A stretch of 64,000 nt of DNA, from positions 64,028 to 128,027 of the forward strand of contig PMCS01000024.1 in NCBI GenBank assembly GCA_003154195.1, read 5' to 3'. Within the stretch, counting starts at the first letter, position 1; every line of letters begins with the position of its first letter. This stretch comes from Candidatus Omnitrophota bacterium. Lineage in GTDB: Bacteria > Omnitrophota > Gorgyraeia > Duberdicusellales > 4484-171. Under the pieces are notes generated by a model, which searched no databases, was not told where the DNA came from, and worked only from the letters and a program-made list of their open reading frames with translations. Position numbers and translations under genes: made by a program. This document shows positions 1 to 9,678 of the stretch, piece after piece.

Positions 1-146
1 GACATCGAACCGGTAGTATCCAGGCAAAAAACCACTTCCACTTTCGGCCGGCCGGCCGGTACGGATACCGCGTATGCCGCTTGCAAAGAGCAAATCGCCA
101 CCCAGAAAATACTTGTCAGAATCGAAAAAATAATTTTATTAACCAT
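1..146 (-). CDS. VWA-domain protein, N-terminal fragment; the gene continues past the window start
   Basis: Reverse-complement reading gives ATG at 146, then MVNKIIFSILTSIFWVAICSLQAAYA (signal-peptide-like) followed by VVFCLDTTGSM, a DxTxS MIDAS motif. No stop before position 1. Confidence 0.5.
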   Translation of the reverse strand, partial: MVNKIIFSILTSIFWVAICSLQAAYAVSVPAGRPKVEVVFCLDTTGSM

Positions 147-160
147 AGGCACCCCCCTTG

Positions 161-562
161 TTAGCTCCCCTGGATATCAATATTGGCCAATATCCTTGCG
201 TCATCTTTTTTTAAAACAACCGGGAACTTTTTTTCTTCCAGAAGGCGGCTTAAGTAAATATTATCTTTCGCGCTAGGAAAAACAATCGCCTGACGGAAAC
301 TTGCAGTGATGCCCAAGGTTATCCCTACGCTAAAGTAAATAATTTTTGCCAAGGCCATTCGTGCCCTTAATGTTTTCGGCGGTTCATTCCTGGGTTTGCG
401 ATAAAATTGCGCCATTCTTTCGTCAAGATTTACCGCCGGCGACAAAGCGTACGCCTCAAAATTAGCTGCCAGGATACGGTGAAGCCTTGCCTCTAACGCT
501 GATTCGTTATTCTCCTCGCGCATATCGCCACCTCCTTGATGGGTTATTGGATTTCGTAGCAA
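161..562 (-). CDS. hypothetical small protein with one predicted TM segment, co-oriented with the VWA genes
   Basis: 133 aa ORF overlapping the end of the VIT-VWA gene by 19 nt; hydrophobic stretch IIYFSVGITLGITASF; no motif recognised. Confidence 0.3.
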   Translation of the reverse strand: MLRNPITHQGGGDMREENNESALEARLHRILAANFEAYALSPAVNLDERMAQFYRKPRNEPPKTLRARMALAKIIYFSVGITLGITASFRQAIVFPSAKDNIYLSRLLEEKKFPVVLKKDDARILANIDIQGS

Positions 563-2880
563 GCCCCGCCAATAACAATAGCCGCACGTTCACCAATCGC
601 GAAGTACTTACCCAATTCCGGTTTATCCGCCAGTAGAGCAAAGTATTCTTCGCTCATGTAGCCAAGTTTTGTTGTTTCCATGCCTTCCTTGTACTGAGAA
701 TCTACCCATACTCCGTCGCGCTGGTAAAAAGTGTGCCCGCCGATATATTTAATCGAATCCAACGCCGGAGCACGGCTTATTCCCAGCGTCTCAACCTCCA
801 CGATTTTCCGGGAAGCCTCGGCTGATTCGGCCCCCACGCTATTCGTCATCGCGATTTTTTCCTCAGCTCCTCCCCGATGCATCACGCCTGCCGACTCTAT
901 ATCGAAACCCCAGCGGTGATAATCGCTTTCTTTTTCCAGTACCAGAAACGACGTGTACGGCGTCATAATCCCGTGCTTAGTGCTCAACTTTACAATTTCA
1001 TCGGTAAGCTCGCTATTCTCGCCATGCAAACGTATTTCATTTACCAGATAACCGATTTTGCGTGTCGCCCAAAGCCGCGGGATAAAATCATTGGCCTCGC
1101 TTACTTCAGGAAATACCGCCTCATAAACAAATTCTTTTTTACGGCCGTTTACCATACCGGTCAGCTTAATCGCGCCATGGCCGTTGCCCTGGTAACGGCC
1201 GGTGAGTACCAATTGAGTGCCCTTAAATATATCCGGCAGGGTTACCGGATATATTTCATTGATCCGCGCAAGACCCCAATCAATCGCGATATCGCACAGA
1301 AGCGGCTGGCTGACTTTGTGGTAAAAAGAACTTACTTTTGTTTCTATATTTTCCCCTTCGGTTATATAATCGCCGGTGCCTTTATTGACGCGGCAAAGCT
1401 CATCAAGCAAGTGAGTATTGACGTCACTGCCGGCGCCAAAAGTAAAAATCCGCACCCCAGCTTTGTTGGCGTCCCGAAGATTATTTAAAATTCGGTTTAT
1501 CTCTGTTTCTCCCACTGTAGGCTGGCCGTCGGTAAGAAATACCACCATGCGCGGTTGGGTTGAGTCATAAAACATCGCCAATGCCGACAGCAGCGCTTCA
1601 TTAATGTTTGTTCCGCCGCGCGCCAGCAAACCGTCGACGTAAGCAAGCCCATTCTGTACGTTGGAGCGGTCGGCAGGCACCAGAGCCGGCCGGTAAGAGC
1701 AGGCGATGGTGGCAAAATCGACAACATTGAACCGGTCACCAGGGGATAGATTATTGAGACAGTAATGCAGTGCCGACTTAGTCTGTTCAAGCTTCTCCCC
1801 CTCCATACTGCCGGATGTGTCGACTACAAATATTATATCTTTTTTCAGGGCCGGTGCTTCGAGCTGGCCGGGCGACAAAAGCAGCATGAAATATCCATCT
1901 TCCCCTTCCTTGCGATGACAGAGGACGTTTAGCCCCATGTCTTTTTCGGAAACACTGTAATACAGGACAAAATCTTTATCCGGCCTGACATTTTTTGTTT
2001 CATATCCGCAAGACGCCTGGTGCGGATTGATCGTCCTGATATCGGCAGCATGACTTGGCGAATAGACACTTTTCAGTGGTTCTTTCGAGTTTATTTTTAC
2101 GGCTAAAGTAAGCTCTTCCAGGGGGGTAGGCGAAAACCGCTGGGTTCCCAGCGGATAAGTAAACCGGTAAAGGCCGGAATCATAAGCCAATACTTGCTGG
2201 TATACCAACTCGATACGTTTTTCTCCGTGTTTGGGTATCGGATAGACGCGTGCGCAGAACATATTCTGGCCGGCATACTCCAGGAGGCCGGGGTCGCGCA
2301 TCTTGCTGACAATCTGTTCGTATATCTGGCGGGCCTGCGCTTTGCCCAAAACTTTCCCGGAAGTCCGCTTGCCGTCAATATATATCGCGAAGTCGGTAAT
2401 CGCGGAATTTTCCGGTATGGGAAACATGTAAATTCCTTCCATGTCCCGGTTGTAAGAGTTCTGGAATACCTGGTCGATCGAGATTGTGGCGATATTATTC
2501 TCGATGACAACGTTTGCCCGATGATATTTTATTGAGAGCGCCGCGACATTTGAAGGCAAGGTAAACGAAGGTTCAGGCGTTACCGGAACCAACGGGGTTA
2601 ATGCCGGGGCCTGCGGCGGTTGCGGGATGGTTACCGGCGGTTCTACCGATGGCGAGAACGCCGGCACATGCGGCACATCAGGTTTTGGCAATATCGTATT
2701 AATATAATTGATAAGACTGTTCCATGGTGTTACCGAGGGTAGTAATATTTCCAAACCCTGCCCCATCGCCGTTACTTGAGACGGGTCAACGATGAGGATA
2801 CCATTAGCCATTACCCGGCTCATCCCGGAAAAAAGACCGATCACCAAAATTATCATGATAATGTATATTTTTCTTTTCAT
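544..2880 (-). CDS. secreted VIT (vault/inter-alpha-trypsin) + von Willebrand factor A domain protein
   Basis: VWA MIDAS motif VVDTSGSMEG; VIT-like N-region; Pro-rich linker. Likely true start is ATG at 2880 (MKRKIYIIMIILVIGLFS signal peptide) preceded by AAGGAGGGGG SD; the ORF track extends it to 3069. Confidence 0.75.
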   Translation of the reverse strand: MKRKIYIIMIILVIGLFSGMSRVMANGILIVDPSQVTAMGQGLEILLPSVTPWNSLINYINTILPKPDVPHVPAFSPSVEPPVTIPQPPQAPALTPLVPVTPEPSFTLPSNVAALSIKYHRANVVIENNIATISIDQVFQNSYNRDMEGIYMFPIPENSAITDFAIYIDGKRTSGKVLGKAQARQIYEQIVSKMRDPGLLEYAGQNMFCARVYPIPKHGEKRIELVYQQVLAYDSGLYRFTYPLGTQRFSPTPLEELTLAVKINSKEPLKSVYSPSHAADIRTINPHQASCGYETKNVRPDKDFVLYYSVSEKDMGLNVLCHRKEGEDGYFMLLLSPGQLEAPALKKDIIFVVDTSGSMEGEKLEQTKSALHYCLNNLSPGDRFNVVDFATIACSYRPALVPADRSNVQNGLAYVDGLLARGGTNINEALLSALAMFYDSTQPRMVVFLTDGQPTVGETEINRILNNLRDANKAGVRIFTFGAGSDVNTHLLDELCRVNKGTGDYITEGENIETKVSSFYHKVSQPLLCDIAIDWGLARINEIYPVTLPDIFKGTQLVLTGRYQGNGHGAIKLTGMVNGRKKEFVYEAVFPEVSEANDFIPRLWATRKIGYLVNEIRLHGENSELTDEIVKLSTKHGIMTPYTSFLVLEKESDYHRWGFDIESAGVMHRGGAEEKIAMTNSVGAESAEASRKIVEVETLGISRAPALDSIKYIGGHTFYQRDGVWVDSQYKEGMETTKLGYMSEEYFALLADKPELGKYFAIGERAAIVIGGACYEIQ

Positions 2881-3104
2881 AGCCCCCTCCTTTTTGGTCA
2901 TTCTTTCTTTTTGCCGATTCATTTTTTCGCCTCCACATAGATATGACAACCCAGCGCGGAGTTTGTTCCCGAAAAAATGAAAAAAATAGCCCACGAAGGT
3001 TATGGGACGTAAAGTTAATATTGGCGGAGTTTTACGAAAATCAAAACAATAAACAAAAATATTGTCCACAGATTGCTCAGGCTACGAGGGTGGGTTTAAG
3101 CTGG

Positions 3105-4235
3105 TTATTGACTATAGCGGAATGGCTCGCGGTCAGCGCTGTAGACCTCGATATTTATCTCGGTGCTTACCTCAGTGTTTACCTCAGTAGTTACTTCGGC
3201 GTTTCGCGCTGCTTCAAAATCGTAGACCTTCTCTTCAGGGCCGCCACGATGCATAACCGACATCGAATCTAAGGCCGGCGCGACGGATAATCGCGGCGCG
3301 GGAAAAATCGACCCGATATTCAACGCGGCTAACCTTTCCTCTAAAGTTCCTGCCATCGCCTGGCCGGCCGAAATCGTGATTACTGAGTTTCCCTGCGCTT
3401 GGCGGACCGACTCAATAGTGATATTCTCTCCTTTGAGATACGCCTGGATTTTTTGGATGCTTTCTTGCGGGTCTTTCGCGTAGACCTTTATCGTTCGCGC
3501 CGGCGACGATTGTTGGGCGGAGGTAGTATATTCCGTATCGCGTCCGGCGGAATACTGAGATTGCTCCAACGCACCCGAAACCCCCAGGGTTTCGGTTTCT
3601 ACCGCTGAAGTACGACTATCACCGCCCAGCTCATTTTTTTGAGGCAAAAACGCCAATTCCCGGTTTTCGTCTTTGTGATTCCCGGCGCTTGCGGTATACG
3701 AATTTACTGCCAGCCCGGTTTCTTCTGCCAGATTGCTCCCGCCGCGTTGTGACATTTCGTTTTGGGCCTTGGCCAATCCGATTTGACGCGAGGCCACCGC
3801 CGTCAAAACCGAATATTTCGCCCCCAAAGCTTTGGCCCTCAATGCGCTTTTTTCCGCGGCAAAGTCAGCCTTAGCCAGTTCAAGCCGCCTATGGGAACCA
3901 AATGGTGCCAGCCGCGTCAGGGAAATGGCGACTGCCGCGACGAGGCAGGCCGCGATCATCACGCGGACTTGCGGCCGGCGCGTGAGTTTATCCAGAAAGC
4001 GGTCCAACTCCCGGCGCTGGCTGACGCGCCGGCTTACCAGTTCGGTAAAATCCGCCGGGGGCTGAGCCGGCGTCAATTTTCCCAGGGATTCCAACATCGC
4101 CCGCATCCGCCCTAACTGCTTGAGGCATTCCGGACAGCGACTGATGTGCTGCTGCACTAACGCGGTCGAGCCTTTATCCAGCGTTTGGTCAAAATATTCA
4201 AGAAACATCTCGCGTATCTTTTCACACGTATTCAT
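3105..4235 (-). CDS. anti-sigma factor (zf-HC2 N-terminus, single TM, extracytoplasmic C-domain)
   Basis: N-terminal HISRCPECLKQL zinc-finger motif typical of ECF anti-sigma factors; TM VMIAACLVAAVAISL; overlaps the sigma gene by 4 nt. Confidence 0.7.
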   Translation of the reverse strand: MNTCEKIREMFLEYFDQTLDKGSTALVQQHISRCPECLKQLGRMRAMLESLGKLTPAQPPADFTELVSRRVSQRRELDRFLDKLTRRPQVRVMIAACLVAAVAISLTRLAPFGSHRRLELAKADFAAEKSALRAKALGAKYSVLTAVASRQIGLAKAQNEMSQRGGSNLAEETGLAVNSYTASAGNHKDENRELAFLPQKNELGGDSRTSAVETETLGVSGALEQSQYSAGRDTEYTTSAQQSSPARTIKVYAKDPQESIQKIQAYLKGENITIESVRQAQGNSVITISAGQAMAGTLEERLAALNIGSIFPAPRLSVAPALDSMSVMHRGGPEEKVYDFEAARNAEVTTEVNTEVSTEINIEVYSADREPFRYSQ

Positions 4236-4816
4236 AGTATACCTTCCAATTTTTCTTTCAAGGCAAACCGCGCCCGGTTTAAGCGCGACTTGACCGTCCC
4301 GATATCAAGGCGCAGAATTTCGCCGATTTGAGCGTATTCCCTGCCTTCGATATCACGCAAAATAATTATCTCGCGCTGCTCTTCGCTTAATCCGGAGAGG
4401 GCTTTTTGCAGGCATTCTTCTTTTATTTTCGTATCCGCAATATCGCGCGGGCTGGCGCCGGTATCGACGGCCTGGCGCGTTACCGGGCCGTCCTCGGTTT
4501 CCAGGGGATCGTCGAGCGAAAAAGCGATATGCTTACCACGCCGCGCCAGGGCTTTCAGCCGGTTACGGCAAAAATTCAAAGTTACGGTGTAAAGGTACGT
4601 CGAAAATTTAGCCTCGCCGCGGAACGACCGCAGGGTCTCGTATATTTTAAGGAAGATATCCTGCGAGACATCCAGCGCTTCGTTGTAATCGGCAAGCATT
4701 CGAAAGCACACGTTAAACACCATCCCTTTGTATTTTTCCACCAGTCCTTCAAAACCGGCCTTATCGCCGGCTAAAAAACTCTCGATCAGTTCTTTGTCTT
4801 CCATATAGTTAGACAC
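4232..4816 (-). CDS. ECF-type RNA polymerase sigma-70 family factor
   Basis: Sigma-70 region 2 (FLKIYETLRSFRGEAKFSTYLYTVTLNFCRN) and region 4 (ILRDIEGREYAQIGEILRLDIGTVKSRLNRAR); 194 aa. Confidence 0.85.
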   Translation of the reverse strand: MSNYMEDKELIESFLAGDKAGFEGLVEKYKGMVFNVCFRMLADYNEALDVSQDIFLKIYETLRSFRGEAKFSTYLYTVTLNFCRNRLKALARRGKHIAFSLDDPLETEDGPVTRQAVDTGASPRDIADTKIKEECLQKALSGLSEEQREIIILRDIEGREYAQIGEILRLDIGTVKSRLNRARFALKEKLEGIL

Positions 4817-4843
4817 CGCGGAGCGGCATTTGTTCCTTCATTC

Positions 4844-4875
4844 AAATCATTTCGCGGTAACCCGCGAAATGATTT
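4844..4875. promoter_or_regulatory. perfect 14-bp inverted repeat (AAATCATTTCGCGG / CCGCGAAATGATTT) in the divergent sigma/MFS promoter region
   Basis: Read directly from the sequence; no T-run follows on either strand, so it is unlikely to be a terminator. Confidence 0.4.
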
Positions 4876-5022
4876 GTTTCAAAATATTTAGAATATACTC
4901 GCGGCAGGTCCATCGGCTTACCCGCCGGAGGCAGGTACACAGGCATTTTTTTCGGCTGAAATCTGGTTTTCCCTAAGCAACGGCAATTATACTCTATAAA
5001 AATAAGGGAGTCAATTCGGGAA

Positions 5023-6357
5023 ATGTTCAGAGTAAATTCTTGTGATATAATATTCAACCCTATGGACAAACAACCGCCATCCCAAGTCGACCGCAGCCTC
5101 AGGTTTTCGATTCTTGACGGAATATTTGCCAACGCCATGGCCGGCTTTACCCAGGATTATTTTACGCCGTTCCTCCTGCTTTTGGGCGGCCAGGTAAAAC
5201 ACGTGGCCGCCCTTACCGCTCTGCCTAATCTGTTCGCGGCTTTAGTCCAGCTTAAAAGTGCGGATTTGACCGAACGATTAAAATCGCGCCGGAAAATAAT
5301 CAACACTTTCATATTTCTTCATCTGTTGGTCATCCTTCCCATAGCCGGAATGGCTCTTTTCGCTTATAAAAACCCTGAGCTTTTTATCCTGCTGGTTGTT
5401 TTATTCACCGCCCTTCAGGCCTTTGCCGTTCCCGGCTGGTCGAGTTTAATGTCGGATCTGGTAGACAAAGACAAGCGCGGCGATTATTTCGGCTGGCGGA
5501 ATAAAACTTTAGGCTTAATCGCAGTCGGTTCAACGCTTATCGCGGGATTCCTCTTGAACCAAATGAAAAAAATAAATATTTTTTACGGCTTTGCCGCCCT
5601 TTTTTGCCTCGCGTTCATCTTTCGGACTTTTTCCTGGTATTTTTTAACGCGAATGCATGAACCGGCAATCGACATCCGGAAAGAACATTGTTTTACACTG
5701 CGAGAGTTCATCGTCCGGATGCGAAAAAGCAACTTTGCCAAGTTTGTCCTCTTCGCCGCAATATTTAATTTTTCTATTTTTACCGCCGCGCCGTTTTTTC
5801 CCGTATTTATGCTCAAAGATTTATCGATGAGCTATGTCCTCTACGGTTCGCTTACTGCTACGGCTACTTTGACGATTTACCTGGCGATGCGCCGCTGGGG
5901 CCGACATGCCGATAAATTCGGGAATTTGCGGACGATAAAACTGTCGGCATTCTTGATCAGCCTGAACCCTTTATTCTGGCTTTTTAGCCATAATCCGGCA
6001 GTATTATTCTTGGCGCAAATCGCCAGCGGCTTCGGCTGGGCGGGATTTACCCTTTGCTCCTCTAACTTTATCTACGATTGCGCCATTCCGGAAAAACGCA
6101 CCCGCTGTGTTGCTTACTATAACTTTTTTGTCGGCGTGGGAATCTTTTTAGGAAGCCTGTGCGGCGGTTATTTGATTAAAATCCTGCCGCCGCTTTTCGG
6201 GCATAGCATATTGACCCTCTTTCTGATTTCCGCGTCATTAAGGCTGGCAGTGAGCCTGTTGATGCCTAAAAATTTAAAAGAAGTGCGTCCGGTAGCGGAG
6301 ATAAACGGGGGAAGGTTGTTTTTGAGTTTGACGGGGATAATTAATTATCGAAAATAA
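5023..6357 (+). CDS. MFS-type transporter
   Basis: 444 aa with about 12 hydrophobic segments and MFS-like loop motifs (RRWGRHADKFGN). Confidence 0.7.
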   Translation: MFRVNSCDIIFNPMDKQPPSQVDRSLRFSILDGIFANAMAGFTQDYFTPFLLLLGGQVKHVAALTALPNLFAALVQLKSADLTERLKSRRKIINTFIFLHLLVILPIAGMALFAYKNPELFILLVVLFTALQAFAVPGWSSLMSDLVDKDKRGDYFGWRNKTLGLIAVGSTLIAGFLLNQMKKINIFYGFAALFCLAFIFRTFSWYFLTRMHEPAIDIRKEHCFTLREFIVRMRKSNFAKFVLFAAIFNFSIFTAAPFFPVFMLKDLSMSYVLYGSLTATATLTIYLAMRRWGRHADKFGNLRTIKLSAFLISLNPLFWLFSHNPAVLFLAQIASGFGWAGFTLCSSNFIYDCAIPEKRTRCVAYYNFFVGVGIFLGSLCGGYLIKILPPLFGHSILTLFLISASLRLAVSLLMPKNLKEVRPVAEINGGRLFLSLTGIINYRK

Positions 6358-6619
6358 AAAAACAAAAATCTTTTTAACCACCCGCTCACCCCGGGGCTCG
6401 CTGGATTTCACAGATTCGCACAGATAAATACCTAAAAAATACAAACCTATAGTTGGCACAGACACGAAAAAATACCGAAGGATAAAAAGTGATTCCTACC
6501 TGCCAATGGGCAGTGGTAAAAATGAGAAAAATAGCAAGAAAAATTTAACAACGAATCGCTCGAATTTCGCGAATAAAAATAGGGGGAATTTTAACCGCAA
6601 GATTACACCACGGGGCTTA

Positions 6620-7255
6620 TTATTTACGGTAATCGCGGGTGTCGAGACAGGAATCATAAAACTTGCGGTCAATCTTGATCCAGTCGGCCTTATTGATTCC
6701 CCGGTTATTTTTATAGGCCGGGCTGACGGGAAAAGCCGAGGCGATTTTGATCCAGCGTTTTTGTTCGGCGGAAAGAATTCTTACCTCATCGGCAACTTCG
6801 CTTAAATCCTGGTCCTGGCTCAAGATCACCCCCACATCGTAAGCTTTCGCGTGGGCAAACCGTATAATATCCAGAGCAATCCGGATATCAACGCCTTTTT
6901 CCTGCCCGACCAAAAAAGTCTGCGCTTTGCCGTTTGGTAATTTTATCGTTTGGTTGCGATAGCGCAAGGAACGGGAAAAAATTTTAACCTTTTCCTGCCC
7001 CATCGCAGTTAATTTATTGGTCCAGAAGGTATGCCATGGCGCATCATCTTCCAAATCGGGGACGCCGGTATAAAACCGGGTTTCTTTTAAAATCCAGCCT
7101 TTCAGCGCGCAGATTTTTTTGGCAAGTAATTTTACGTTATAATTGGGGTAAGGATAGCCGAAAGCTTCTTTGGCGGCGTGAAACAAATTTTGGCCATCGA
7201 TGAAAACAATGGCTCGTTTAGACTTCGGTTCGGGAAAATTCTTTCGGTTGGGCAT
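6620..7255 (-). CDS. NYN / LabA-like (PIN-like) domain protein
   Basis: N-terminal AIVFIDGQNLFHAAKEAF and acidic VGVILSQDQDLSEVADEV motifs characteristic of NYN/LabA domains. Confidence 0.65.
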   Translation of the reverse strand: MPNRKNFPEPKSKRAIVFIDGQNLFHAAKEAFGYPYPNYNVKLLAKKICALKGWILKETRFYTGVPDLEDDAPWHTFWTNKLTAMGQEKVKIFSRSLRYRNQTIKLPNGKAQTFLVGQEKGVDIRIALDIIRFAHAKAYDVGVILSQDQDLSEVADEVRILSAEQKRWIKIASAFPVSPAYKNNRGINKADWIKIDRKFYDSCLDTRDYRK

Positions 7256-7562
7256 AATTCGACTATCCCCTCACGGGGATAATTCAACTAAGCCCGGGGT
7301 ACCGGGCAAGTTTCATTACAGCCTCTTCCTTCGCGCGCGACGCGCTCGAAAACCGGCTAAGTCTCATTAAATAAATAACCCCACTCAAACCCTTGCGGGA
7401 ATCAAGTGGGGGGCAAATCGTCTAATCTAAAGGAATTTTACACCTAAGCAGTGTTTTGTCAAGTTTCTTTTCCGAAAGCTCATTATCCTTCGACTCGTCG
7501 CTTCGCTTCTCGCTCAGGATAATTCAGCTACCCCCCTCGCCGGGAAAAATTATTGCTCGCTT

Positions 7563-7691
7563 TTAATGCTTTATTGCCTTGTAGACACCGTAAGCGCCCG
7601 CCGCGCTTAGCGCTATAGGAATCAAGGCGCAGCCGGAAATAGATACACAGCACGAGCAGACTAGAATAAGATAACTTATCTTTTTTAACAT
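7563..7691 (-). CDS. small lipoprotein-like peptide (about 42 aa)
   Basis: MLKKISYLILVCSCCVSISGCALIPIALSAAGAYGVYKAIKH: signal peptide plus lipobox-like ISGC; entericidin-like size. The ORF track extends the start to 7754. Confidence 0.3.
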   Translation of the reverse strand: MLKKISYLILVCSCCVSISGCALIPIALSAAGAYGVYKAIKH

Positions 7692-7904
7692 TCGTTCTCC
7701 CTTACCGCTGATTACCGCGGCTTGACAAATGTTGTCCTCTTCCGGCGTCGCCATACTTTCTACTGATAATTCTAAACTTCTCGACAGATTATAATACTAA
7801 GATTCTACCACAGAGAACACAGAGCGCACAGAGAAAAACAAAGAATCATACTACTGAGCGTGCCACACACAAATTGCTCCGGAGCAATGATAAAAGTCTG
7901 ACAC

Positions 7905-8270
7905 TCACTCCCGCCACAGATACAAAGCGCCGCACAATAATGCCCCAATCACAAAGATCAGCACGGTGTTGCGCACAAAATAGGGATAGGCCATAAGCGC
8001 CATGCCGATTATCGCCGGCTTAAGCTCCCCTTGTTTTTTTCCGTACATAAACGCGATCATGCCGACGGAACTGAAAATAAGCCCGGCGATGATCCCCGGC
8101 CAGGAAAATCCCATGATCCCCGACGAACCGCTTGCCGAGTCCAGAATCTTTTTCTGGCTTTCCTCTAATACGACAGCCAGTTTATTCACCGGGGCAAGGT
8201 CCGGGTCTGACTGGCAAAATGCCGATCCCGCCAAGCCGAAACAAGCAAATATAGCCAGAATTAAAATCAT
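7905..8270 (-). CDS. hypothetical membrane protein
   Basis: 121 aa with three or four hydrophobic helices; no recognised motif. Confidence 0.3.
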   Translation of the reverse strand: MILILAIFACFGLAGSAFCQSDPDLAPVNKLAVVLEESQKKILDSASGSSGIMGFSWPGIIAGLIFSSVGMIAFMYGKKQGELKPAIIGMALMAYPYFVRNTVLIFVIGALLCGALYLWRE

Positions 8271-8286
8271 AAGAGTTATTTTACGG

Positions 8287-8661
8287 TTACCGGGTTTTCA
8301 GCGCCCGGAGATAGAAGCCTTCTACCTTCTTCCTCGCCCAGGGAGTTTTTCGCAAAAACTTTAAGCTCGACGTTAAACTAGGATTATTGGTGAAACAGCG
8401 AAGAGCAATGTTCTCGCCCAATCCGCGCCAGCCATACCGGGCTTCTAAATCCGCAAGAATCATCTTCAGGGTAACGCCGTGCAACGGGTCTTTGTGTTTT
8501 ATTAGGGGGGTAGTCTCCGCCAGGGGCGGACCAGCCGCTCGCTTTCGCGAGATCCCGCCAATGGCGGGACAATGGCTGGGAATTCCCCGCCCTTGGCGGG
8601 ATCCCGCTTCATTGATATAATTATCAGGGGGGCGGTGAATCTTCGAAGAAGGTTCAGGCAT
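8287..8661 (-). CDS. DUF2132 (VF530-like) family protein; start codon uncertain
   Basis: C-terminal [20 protein letters not shown]...[29 protein letters not shown] matches the conserved DUF2132 core. The N-terminal 60 aa of the ORF overlap GC-rich hairpin repeats (8510-8600) and are probably not coding. Confidence 0.5.
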   Translation of the reverse strand: MPEPSSKIHRPPDNYINEAGSRQGRGIPSHCPAIGGISRKRAAGPPLAETTPLIKHKDPLHGVTLKMILADLEARYGWRGLGENIALRCFTNNPSLTSSLKFLRKTPWARKKVEGFYLRALKTR

Positions 8662-8666
8662 GTATT

Positions 8667-9401
8667 TTAAATTTTGTCCAAGTATTCTTCGAACTCGCGC
8701 TGGCTCGAAGGAACAAAAGCATTATACATCTTTTTAAAGCGCTGTTTATCTTTATCGACCGCCAAAAAAGATACAACGGGAAAACCTGCTTCCCGAAAAC
8801 AGTTCTCATCGCGCGAATCATCGCCGATATACATTACCGCTTCTCTTTCCACTTTTTCTTCCTCAAGGATTTTTTCCAGGACATCCGCTTTATTGGAACT
8901 TATTTTAAATTCAAAATGCATCCCCCCCGGCGCAACTGATAAAAAATCGTTGGCGATGATAAAATCAAAGACAAAACCGCTCTTCTCAAGTATCTGTTTT
9001 ATACCCCGGTAATACCCCGAAGAAATAATGCCGAACCTGATGTTCTTCCGTTCTCTTAAGCTCTGCAAAGGCATTAAAATCCTCGAATCCAATTTGATTG
9101 TTCCAACAGCCACATATCTCTCTAAAAGCATAGCCAAGTCGCCACCAGTTATCTTGCTGAACAAATATTTATTTAACAGCTTGATTAAGGCAGGAATAGT
9201 ATTAATTGTTTTACCTTGTCTGGCGCGCCGCACCAGATGCTTACTTTTAAATGCCAGGATTAACAAAGAAATAATTTCAAACAGGTCAAATCTCTTTGCC
9301 GCCCGGGCGGCGACAAATTTAAAAACCGAGGCGCAAAAAGTTTCTTCGAAGTAGTCTTCAAAGAGCGTCCGGTTCCAATCGCAGATTATTAATTTCAGCA
9401 T
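8667..9401 (-). CDS. HAD-superfamily hydrolase-like protein
   Basis: N-terminal [10 protein letters not shown] (motif I-like) and C-terminal YIGDDSRDE (motif IV GDxxxD). Confidence 0.5.
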   Translation of the reverse strand: MLKLIICDWNRTLFEDYFEETFCASVFKFVAARAAKRFDLFEIISLLILAFKSKHLVRRARQGKTINTIPALIKLLNKYLFSKITGGDLAMLLERYVAVGTIKLDSRILMPLQSLRERKNIRFGIISSGYYRGIKQILEKSGFVFDFIIANDFLSVAPGGMHFEFKISSNKADVLEKILEEEKVEREAVMYIGDDSRDENCFREAGFPVVSFLAVDKDKQRFKKMYNAFVPSSQREFEEYLDKI

Positions 9402-9678
9402 TTAATGCCTTTTCCCTATTTTTCGTCCTGTTCCCAGTTGTTAGAGCCCTTCCCCCGTCTTTGTATCTTTTATTCATCTTCCCTTTTCCCAATCTGTGAA
9501 AATATGCCCCTTACGGGAGGCTCCGCCCGGCTTTGCCGGGCTACGCACAGCAACCTGTGGACAAAAAGTTTTTGCCTTTTCCATTCCCTATCGTCCCTCA
9601 TCCCCGCCATCTCGTCGCCTTTAGCGACGGATGGCGAGGTCTCGCCAATTTGTTAACCAAATTGGCGGGCTTCATCTC

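Noticed and set aside
731-1488. Plus-strand ORFs of 60-200 aa overlapping minus-strand genes (e.g. 877-1488, 2194-2535, 17617-18084, 25512-26102, 40316-40975)
   Set aside because: All lie antisense within well-supported conserved genes (VIT-VWA, dnaJ, rluB, 7TM-HD), have no recognisable motifs and show compositionally odd translations. They are treated as spurious shadow ORFs.
6388-6425. GGGGCTCGCTGGATTTCACAGATTCG resembles the 5' end of tmRNA (GGGGCUGAUUCUGGAUUCGAC)
   Set aside because: No tRNA-like 3' end (T-arm, GGUUCGA..CCACCA) or tag reading frame within the following 300 bp on either strand; similarity is limited to about 20 nt.
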